Part shown: in pieces, positions 47,908 to 55,189 of the stretch | Numbering within the stretch: the stretch's first letter is position 1 | Layout: each line of letters starts with the position of its first letter | Assembly: GCA_030610885.1 (NCBI GenBank) | Contig: JAUWQW010000002.1 | Span: 7,375-71,374 of the forward strand | Direction: 5' to 3' | Length of the DNA: 64,000 nt | DNA from: Candidatus Aminicenantes bacterium | GTDB taxonomy: Bacteria > Acidobacteriota > Aminicenantia > UBA2199 | Position numbers and translations under genes: made by a program | Notes under the pieces: generated by a model | The model's database searches: none | Seen by the model: only the letters and a program-made list of their open reading frames with translations | Told to the model about the DNA's origin: nothing

Positions 47908-47960
47908 GTTTTAAGTTGATGAGTAGATGGGTAGATGGGTGGATGAGTAAAGAGTGAATT
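47908..47960. repeat. direct repeat copy 2 of the GGGTAGATG-rich element (AGTTGATGAGTAGATGGGTAGATGGGTGGATGA)
   Basis: Direct alignment with 46637-46690. Confidence 0.6.
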
Positions 47961-48191
47961 GAAGAGAAGTTAAATAGTTAATTAGAGTAATAGTTAAATG
48001 GTAAAAAACAATTAGATATTCTTGGGGTCATGGCTTTCATTTTAGTACTGCACTCAAAATGCATGTGAATTTACATTCTATAGAAAGGATATGTTTTCTG
48101 TAAAATTTACAAAAGTTTATTGACATTAGAAATTTTTTGTATCAATATAATATTATATATAAAAGTATAAAAGGGAGTTAAATTAATTAAA

Positions 48192-48824
48192 ATGGATGAA
48201 GAATATAATGATAAGAATGTTGAAAAAAATTTTGATCTTGACTTGACTAGAATCTGGCGATTAGCAAAAGGCAATAATGTTAGTTGTTGGTTACTTTCAA
48301 CTAGGGAATTATTAAGTGCAACTAATTTATTGGATATTAATATAAAAAAATTAAGTGATAATTATCCTATTTTGTTTGATGATAAAAGTAATTATCCAAA
48401 ATCCTTATTTGCTATTGAACCTAATAGAATGTTAAAGGGAATGGTTGTTGAAGCAGTATTTAAGGCTTTATGGTTAGACAAAGGAAATGAAATACTTGTT
48501 GAGGAAGAAAAAAACGGCAATAAAAAATTGGTTTATAAGAAAATACCAGGTGTAAATGATCATGATTTATTAAGCTATTTAAACATATTAGATTTATCAT
48601 TTAATGTGGAAGAAAAAAATTATTTAATTATTCTATCCGATCATATTGTTGCTGATGGAAGATATCCAATTCATAAAAAAGAAAAAGAAACAACATTATC
48701 TAGTAATTATATTAAAGATGAATATAATTACTTAAAAAATATCTTCGTCAAAATACTTAATAAATTTAAAAAAGATGATCCAGAGGTTATTTCAGAAATA
48801 GATAAAATCATTAAATTGCTATAA
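48192..48824 (+). CDS. hypothetical protein (possibly the orphaned target-recognition portion of a degraded DNA methyltransferase)
   Basis: 210 aa with no recognisable motif. Lies immediately upstream of the MTase C-terminal relic. Confidence 0.35.
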   Translation: MDEEYNDKNVEKNFDLDLTRIWRLAKGNNVSCWLLSTRELLSATNLLDINIKKLSDNYPILFDDKSNYPKSLFAIEPNRMLKGMVVEAVFKALWLDKGNEILVEEEKNGNKKLVYKKIPGVNDHDLLSYLNILDLSFNVEEKNYLIILSDHIVADGRYPIHKKEKETTLSSNYIKDEYNYLKNIFVKILNKFKKDDPEVISEIDKIIKLL

Positions 48825-48881
48825 AGGATAGGGGGATAGTCTTTTGAAGGTTCATCTGTTCTTTCTTCTCTTGAAACATAA

Positions 48882-48995
48882 TCAGCTCTCTGGGCGGGGT
48901 TTGATAATATAGGCAACAAAATCGACAAATTAGTATATAAATTGTATAATTTAACAGATGAAGAGATAAAGATTGTTGAAGGTGAAAAAAAGTAA
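48882..48995 (+). pseudogene. C-terminal relic of an Eco57I/PglX-type (type IIG RM or BREX) N6-adenine DNA methyltransferase
   Basis: Start-less 37-codon frame SALWAGFDNIGNKIDKLVYKLYNLTDEEIKIVEGEKK*. The tail IDxLVYxLYxLTxEEIxIVEG is the characteristic C-terminal end of this methyltransferase family. Confidence 0.5.
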
Positions 48996-49009
48996 AATAA
49001 CAAAAAGAA

Positions 49010-50320
49010 TTAATATGTTTTTATCAGAAATAAAATTATTCCTTCTACCATATAAAAAAGACTTTCTAAGTGTTTTTCATCAAAATATTCAAGAGAGTGC
49101 TTAGGGTTATTTAACAATTTATGAATTTCGCTAACATTTCTACAGAAAAATTCGATAATTTTTTTATCCGATCTTCTTGAGTTTAATATATATTCAATTC
49201 TTTGACTTCTTGTAATCTTATCTTTTTCTTCAATGTTAAAATGTGCTTTCACTACATTATCAGGAGCAAGCTTCCGAGGGGTCCAATCCAAAAATTCTAT
49301 CATTGAAGTAGCACTTTGACGACATTTATCTGGATTATCTGAATACAAAGTCTCCCAAGCTCCTTCTCGCATTCTATCCAAATTTGGATCTATTGAAATT
49401 AATATCTTTTTCAACTTCCTATTTTTAACAGCTTCATTAGAAAAATCTATTTCAAAGTCTTTTATTTCAGGATGTTCTTTTCCTATTGGATATGGAATTG
49501 AATAAGATAAATTTTTATAAATTAAAGAAGAAGCTTCCAATTTAAAAAAATTTTTATCTATTATCAAAAGTTCCTTTTCTTTCATAATTTTTTGAATTCT
49601 CTCAAAAGAATAATCCTGAAAATATTTAGTAGTATTTAATACACTACTCATCAAAGGTTTTATGTCAGTCTTAAATATACTATTGAGAGATAAAGAATTC
49701 AAAGACGAAATTTTTGAGGATATCAACTGAGATGCTTGCAGGTTTTTGCTAAATAATGAAAAAGTTTCACTGAGCTTTTTTGTTGAACCTAAGAAAGAAT
49801 CATGTGTAGACTTTATCTTCCTTGTAATTTCGGCCATCGAAGAAAATTTAGACATCGGCTCTAATGCCATTTTCATTTCTTCTTTCATTTTAATAATAGG
49901 TTCTGATGTTATTCTCATGGTTTTAGCAATTTCTCCATAAGAAGGCCCTAATGCTCTTCTCATTACATCCATTTCTTTTATATGAGATTTATTCATTTCT
50001 CTTATCATTCTTTCTATTCCTGAATGATAAGGATATAATCTTTTTCGATCCTGCATTAGATTTTCCCCTAAAGAAATTGCAAAATTGCCTGTCATTTTTG
50101 ATAAATCTAATGCTTTTATCTCCTCTTTATATTTAGATGTTAAAAAATATCCTGCATCATTCTTTCTTACTAAATTTTCCTTTATCAACAATTTTATTGA
50201 ACGGTTGATAGATGAAGGGCTTTTATTTAAAGAATCAGCTATTCCCTTTTGAGTTCTAACTTTATTTCTTTCTAAAATATTAAGAATTCCTTTTTGAAGC
50301 TTTGATCTTCTTTTATTCAT
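49010..50320 (-). CDS. winged-HTH protein with C-terminal HEPN-like Rx5H motif (Abi-like candidate); start refined to ATG 50320 (MNKRRSKLQ) after GAGGT RBS
   Basis: N-terminal MarR/ArsR-like wHTH GILNILERNKVRTQKGIADSLNKSPSSINRSIKLLIKENLV. C-terminal CRNVSEIHK (R-x5-H). Confidence 0.45.
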   Translation of the reverse strand: MNKRRSKLQKGILNILERNKVRTQKGIADSLNKSPSSINRSIKLLIKENLVRKNDAGYFLTSKYKEEIKALDLSKMTGNFAISLGENLMQDRKRLYPYHSGIERMIREMNKSHIKEMDVMRRALGPSYGEIAKTMRITSEPIIKMKEEMKMALEPMSKFSSMAEITRKIKSTHDSFLGSTKKLSETFSLFSKNLQASQLISSKISSLNSLSLNSIFKTDIKPLMSSVLNTTKYFQDYSFERIQKIMKEKELLIIDKNFFKLEASSLIYKNLSYSIPYPIGKEHPEIKDFEIDFSNEAVKNRKLKKILISIDPNLDRMREGAWETLYSDNPDKCRQSATSMIEFLDWTPRKLAPDNVVKAHFNIEEKDKITRSQRIEYILNSRRSDKKIIEFFCRNVSEIHKLLNNPKHSLEYFDEKHLESLFYMVEGIILFLIKTY

Positions 50321-50620
50321 AATAACCTCATAAATTGATTTTAAGATTAACATTAAATCACAAATTACGGTTATTGTCAATACTATTGTGAATTAAAAGC
50401 GTAGTAAAATTTAAGAGCTTAAAGTGAACTTGGTGCTAGGCCTATATCTTTGACAATTAAAAAATAAAATTTATTATAAAAAACATTGCAAAAAACAAAA
50501 CCTGATCCCAAAATTTACATTTTAGTATGATTTCGTGTAGATTTTTTAATGAGGCAACGATACCTGTTTCATATAGATTTTTAATGATTCAACCCAAATA
50601 ATCAAGTAAGGCCATTTATG

Positions 50621-50683
50621 GGTGAGCAGGGTGACAGCAGGGTGACGGTGCATGACGGTGACAGCAGGGTGACGGTGCATGAC
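50621..50683. repeat. GC-rich 27-bp tandem repeat (GGTGACAGCAGGGTGACGGTGCATGAC x2 plus a partial unit)
   Basis: Units at 50630-50656 and 50657-50683; partial GGTGAGCAG at 50621-50629. Confidence 0.8.
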
Positions 50684-50726
50684 AATTTGACATTTTTGTT
50701 ATAAAAGATATTTATGCGTAAAAAAT

Positions 50727-50993
50727 AAAAGGGACGGTCTTTTGAAGTATTGATTTTCTTTCATTGTTTCTTTCTTCTCTTTGTATGAAAATACAAACTC
50801 CCTAAAGAACCAAAAGACAAATCGCTAAATAAATCAAATTCTATGACCTCCCCATATGTCAATCCACTTAAATCTTTTAATAATACCAAAAATTCTCCTC
50901 TCAGCCTTTTGCCTTCATGTGTAATGGTGTTTATATCTTCTAACTTTATTCCATACTTCTGTTCAAATTCAAATATTATTTTCTCAACAGGCT
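50727..50993. repeat. older partial tandem copy (~95% identity, ~263 bp) of the left inverted repeat plus the 3' end of the HUH transposase element
   Basis: 50731-50993 aligns with 51005-51267 at a constant offset of 274 bp, with a few substitutions and small indels. Confidence 0.75.
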
Positions 50994-51002
50994 CATAAAT
51001 AT

Positions 51003-51980
51003 AAGGGACGGTCTTTTGAAGTATTGATTTTTCTCACCGTTTCTTTCTTCTCTTTGTATGAAAATACAAACTCCCTAAAGAACCAAAAGACAAATCGCTA
51101 AATAAATCAAATTCTATGACCTCCCTATATGTCAATCCACCTAAATCTTTTAATAATACTAAAAATTCTCCTCTCATCCTCTTGCCTTCATGTGTAATGG
51201 TGTCTATATCTTCAAACTTTATTCCATACTTCTGTTGAAACTCAAATATTATTTTCTCAACAGGCTCAAAGTAGCGATCATCAGTCCGCTTGTTCTCTCT
51301 CACTGATCTCTCTTTCCTTCGATCATACTTCTTTTCTGCTTCCTTTATAAACTCTTCATCACCAAATATTTGCCCATACTTTGATCGTTTAACTACATAC
51401 TTCTGCTTATGAGCACTTTGTAAGGACATAAAAAAATTTTCTTTTATGCCAAAAAGATCTTCAACAAAATTCTTATCAATAAAACTCTTATTGTCTCCTG
51501 AGAAATATAATGATCCGCTTGACCAAGAATAGTTATCAAATCTATCCACAAGGTTTGCTCTTACTGGATTTTGAATAACATATACTATAGCCTGGACCAG
51601 ATATGGCTCATTCTGAATCAATGTTGATTTAAACCGATCCTGGAACACATACCCCTTTCCTCCTATAACCCTCCTGTAGTAAAATCCATACTGGCTATTC
51701 AGATTTCTCATAAACTCAGAGAGCCTACCACTACTATTTTGCAATAATAAATGGTAATGGTTGTCCATAATACAGTATGCCAATATGCGCATTCTGTAAA
51801 TCACTGACTTTTCAGCAAGTAATTCAATATATTTTGATTTCAGTTCTGCACTTGAGAATATTTTCTCTTCATTGACTCCCCTGTTCATAATATGGTGAAA
51901 AGCACCTTCCCATGTTAGTCGTGCATGTCTCATACTATAATTATAATATAATATTTCAATACTTCAAAAGACCGTCCCTT
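51003..51980 (-). mobile_element. small HUH-transposase element (IS200/RAYT-like) bounded by perfect 25-bp inverted repeats AAGGGACGGTCTTTTGAAGTATTGA (51003-51027 / 51956-51980)
   Basis: Inverted repeats read directly; a single HUH transposase ORF lies between them. Confidence 0.65.
51034..51933 (-). CDS. HUH Y1 transposase (IS200/IS605 TnpA / REP-associated tyrosine transposase-like) with C-terminal extension
   Basis: HUH motif in CIMDNHYHLLLQ; N-terminal ~140 aa fits the Y1 transposase fold pattern; 299 aa. Confidence 0.65.
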   Translation of the reverse strand: MRHARLTWEGAFHHIMNRGVNEEKIFSSAELKSKYIELLAEKSVIYRMRILAYCIMDNHYHLLLQNSSGRLSEFMRNLNSQYGFYYRRVIGGKGYVFQDRFKSTLIQNEPYLVQAIVYVIQNPVRANLVDRFDNYSWSSGSLYFSGDNKSFIDKNFVEDLFGIKENFFMSLQSAHKQKYVVKRSKYGQIFGDEEFIKEAEKKYDRRKERSVRENKRTDDRYFEPVEKIIFEFQQKYGIKFEDIDTITHEGKRMRGEFLVLLKDLGGLTYREVIEFDLFSDLSFGSLGSLYFHTKRRKKR

Positions 51981-52038
51981 TTTCCTTGTATAATTAATAA
52001 TATTTTATTATATTTTAACTCTCTCATTTTAATAACCT

Positions 52039-53016
52039 TTAGAATTCCTTATATATCTCTTTTTTTTCATTTGGTTTTATTTTGATATAAATATCAAAGT
52101 TGAATTTTTTCCTTGTATTTACTCCACTTCCATATACACTTAATTCAAATGTTCCAGGTTCAAATCCCCCAATCCAGAATTCTCCGTTTTTATCTGTCCA
52201 TAAATTCATCACTTCAAAATCCTTGCCCGGTTCATCAATTTTTACAAAAGTTACATCTGCCATATACAAAGGTTCTTTTGTATCTGCGTATTTTATCACT
52301 CCATGAAGAACCTGACCAGTAGTAAAATCTGCCACATATTCAATTGTTTTTGTTTCTCCGCTTTCTAACAAAACATCCTTATAGGTTTTTGTTTTATAAC
52401 CCTCAGGTTTTATTTCTATATCAACTACTCCCTTTTTGAAAAGGTAGGTTTCAAACTCACCTCCATCTATATAGTGTTCTTTAATCACATCAATAAATCC
52501 GGGGTGTTTGATCTTAAAGCGGACCAGCTCATTATATCGTTCCATTCCTCTGGGAATTTTCCCAAGAACTTTTATTATTAGTTTGGCTTCCTTTTCTAAT
52601 TTTATTTTGAAATGTTTAATCTCTCCCTCTTTTACGGAAATTCTCTCGATTTTAAAAGTATCAGTACTATTCCCTCCTTCACCAATGATTTGGAGTGTTT
52701 CCTTGTTGTAAGCATAAATCGGGCCGAATGTGGAATAACCCTCTTTAAAAATTGATAAAAAATATATACCTTTTTTTACATCATCAATTTTAAAATAACC
52801 TTTTGTGTCTGTTTCCACTATATCAAAAGCTGAGTAATCAACTGTATTGTTGTAGAAATCGCATTCAAATAAATAAACACATGCTCCTTTAATTGGTTGG
52901 CCTGTATCTTTATCAACAACCGTGCCCTCAACTCTACTTGTAATCAATGAATATAAATTAAACTGAAACAAACTTAATACAAAAACAACTAAAATAAATA
53001 ACTTAATTCCTTTCAT
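52039..53016 (-). CDS. secreted hypothetical protein with carboxypeptidase-regulatory-like beta-sandwich N-terminus
   Basis: Signal peptide MKGIKLFILVVFVLSLF. GTVVDKDTGQPIKGACVYL resembles a CarboxypepD_reg-type domain. Confidence 0.45.
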   Translation of the reverse strand: MKGIKLFILVVFVLSLFQFNLYSLITSRVEGTVVDKDTGQPIKGACVYLFECDFYNNTVDYSAFDIVETDTKGYFKIDDVKKGIYFLSIFKEGYSTFGPIYAYNKETLQIIGEGGNSTDTFKIERISVKEGEIKHFKIKLEKEAKLIIKVLGKIPRGMERYNELVRFKIKHPGFIDVIKEHYIDGGEFETYLFKKGVVDIEIKPEGYKTKTYKDVLLESGETKTIEYVADFTTGQVLHGVIKYADTKEPLYMADVTFVKIDEPGKDFEVMNLWTDKNGEFWIGGFEPGTFELSVYGSGVNTRKKFNFDIYIKIKPNEKKEIYKEF

Positions 53017-53257
53017 TTTTTAACCCCCCATTTTAATGATTTCATATAAAACTTCCTTTTAAATTTAAATTATTTTTAAAGTTACTTTTTATTTAACACA
53101 TAAAAAAAAGATTGTGAATGTTTTTTAAGAAAAATAATTTTTTTATTCATACAATTTGCATATTAATTATCAATTTTTTTACCTTCTATATTTTAAATAA
53201 ATTAGATCAAATTATTTGACACTTCAAGCTTTTTAGTATAAAAAATAACCTTAATTA

Positions 53258-54250
53258 TTGAATAGAAAAAACATGAAAAAAGAAAATAACAAATTAATTG
53301 CAATAACGGGTGCTTCAGGTTTTATAGGAAGTCACCTTGTCAACTTTATGAAAGATAAAGGCTTTAGTGTTAGAGTATTAATAAATAAAACTGACCTGAA
53401 AAGAGATGATATAGAAAAATTTTATGGATCAATAAATAATCAAGGTATCATTAAAAAATTCCTTAAAAATGTTAATATAGTGTTTCATCTGGCATCAGCT
53501 TTAGGAAATAGAATTATTTCAAATGAAGAGTTCCTGAATATTAATAAAAATGGAACAGAAAATTTACTGAAAATTGCAGTAGAACAAGGAGTAGAAAAAG
53601 TTGTACATTTCAGCTCTGCAGGAGTATATGGTAAATCATCTGGATTAACCCCATTAAAGGAATATGATACTTTGAACCCTGTTGATATTTATGAAAAGAG
53701 TAAACTTGAAGGAGAAAAAATTGTATCCTCATATACTGATAAACTCAATATTAGTATTATCAGACCTGGATGGGCTTACGGAGAAGGTGACAGAAGAACA
53801 TTCAAACTCATAAAACAGATAAATTCAGGACTATTTTTTATTGTGGGTAAAGGTAATAAACTTCAATCTCCCATTTATATTGATGATCTTATAGAAGCTG
53901 CGTATAAAATTTCTTTAAATGGAAAAAATGGAGAGATTTATAATGCTGGGGGAACCCCGATACAAATAAAAAAAATGGTTGATCAAATTGTCAGATCACT
54001 TAAAAAGAAAATTTTACCCTTTAAAATGCCTTTGTTTTTAATATATCCGCCTGCTTTCATACTTGAAAAACTCTTCTCCTTTTTTAATAAAGAGGCACCT
54101 TTAACAACCTCAAAATTGGCTTTTTTTATAAGAGGTAAGCCATTAAATTCAGATAAATTGAATAATGAACTCAACATAAAGTCAGAAATATCATTTTCAG
54201 AAGGAATAAAAAAAGCAATCAAATGGTATAAAAAAATGAATTGGCTATAA
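53258..54250 (+). CDS. NAD-dependent sugar epimerase/dehydratase (extended SDR)
   Basis: Rossmann motif ITGASGFIGSHLV; YxxxK context YEKSK. Confidence 0.8.
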   Translation: MNRKNMKKENNKLIAITGASGFIGSHLVNFMKDKGFSVRVLINKTDLKRDDIEKFYGSINNQGIIKKFLKNVNIVFHLASALGNRIISNEEFLNINKNGTENLLKIAVEQGVEKVVHFSSAGVYGKSSGLTPLKEYDTLNPVDIYEKSKLEGEKIVSSYTDKLNISIIRPGWAYGEGDRRTFKLIKQINSGLFFIVGKGNKLQSPIYIDDLIEAAYKISLNGKNGEIYNAGGTPIQIKKMVDQIVRSLKKKILPFKMPLFLIYPPAFILEKLFSFFNKEAPLTTSKLAFFIRGKPLNSDKLNNELNIKSEISFSEGIKKAIKWYKKMNWL

Positions 54251-54325
54251 TCTTAGACTTTAGCCTAAATACCTAGTATAAATCATTATATTCAAGTTGA
54301 CAAAAACCTATAATATTAGTAAAGT

Positions 54326-55189
54326 ATGAAATCAAAAAAGGAGATATATTATATAATGAACAATAAATTAAAAAAAGAAGCGATTGTCCAATTTTCAGGT
54401 GGAATTGATTCATTATACACTGCATACCTCCTTGGTCAAAAATACGATAAAATACATCTTTTGACTTTTTACAAAGGTTATCTTCATTTTGGCTTAAATT
54501 TCAGTAAGTCAAAAATAGATAATCTAAAAAAAATATTAGGCAATGAAAATGTAATTTCTAAAGTTATAGATATGAAGGGTCTTTTCAAAAAAATGACAGT
54601 TAAAGATTTTTTTAAAAACTCAAAAAAGTATGGAAATGAAACTTCATGGTGTATTCCATGCAGAGCATCTATGGCAATAATGAGCATAATATATGCTCTT
54701 GAGAACAACATTCCTGATTATACAGATGGAGCAAACTGGGAACAAGCACCCGACCAGGAGAATTTACTGGTTACTGCTGACAATTTTCCTGGTTATCTTA
54801 ATTTGATAAAAGAATTATCAAATTTATACAAAGTAAACTATTTTTCACCTGTTTATAAATTAAATACAAGAGAAGAGAGAAGAGAGCTTCTTTTAGATCT
54901 TGGCTTTAAAATAGACTGGAACAGTCTGGATGTTGATAAACCAAAATCATTAACAAATATATTTAACAGAGATTTTTACAAAAGATACCAACCAATGTGT
55001 ATTTCAGGCTGGCTTATTCATTGGAAAAGAAACTTTTTAAACAAAAAAGTTAATACAAGCGAAGAGCAAGTATTGGGATTTATTAAACCTAAACTTGACT
55101 TATTCGGAAAAAATTATATAGAGACACATTTTAAAGATAGAGGTAAAAATTTAAAAGAAATTTTAAATAAAAGAAATCAATTTAAATGA
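54326..55189 (+). CDS. PP-loop ATP pyrophosphatase family protein (N-acetyl-sugar amidotransferase / QueC-like)
   Basis: PP-loop SGGIDS; Cys-containing WCIPCRAS region. Located in a polysaccharide-modification gene cluster. Confidence 0.55.
   Translation: MKSKKEIYYIMNNKLKKEAIVQFSGGIDSLYTAYLLGQKYDKIHLLTFYKGYLHFGLNFSKSKIDNLKKILGNENVISKVIDMKGLFKKMTVKDFFKNSKKYGNETSWCIPCRASMAIMSIIYALENNIPDYTDGANWEQAPDQENLLVTADNFPGYLNLIKELSNLYKVNYFSPVYKLNTREERRELLLDLGFKIDWNSLDVDKPKSLTNIFNRDFYKRYQPMCISGWLIHWKRNFLNKKVNTSEEQVLGFIKPKLDLFGKNYIETHFKDRGKNLKEILNKRNQFK

Noticed and set aside
50621-50683. Possible CRISPR array (direct repeats)
   Set aside because: Only two and a half contiguous 27-bp units with no spacers between them. 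This is a simple tandem repeat, not repeat-spacer architecture. No cas genes in the window.
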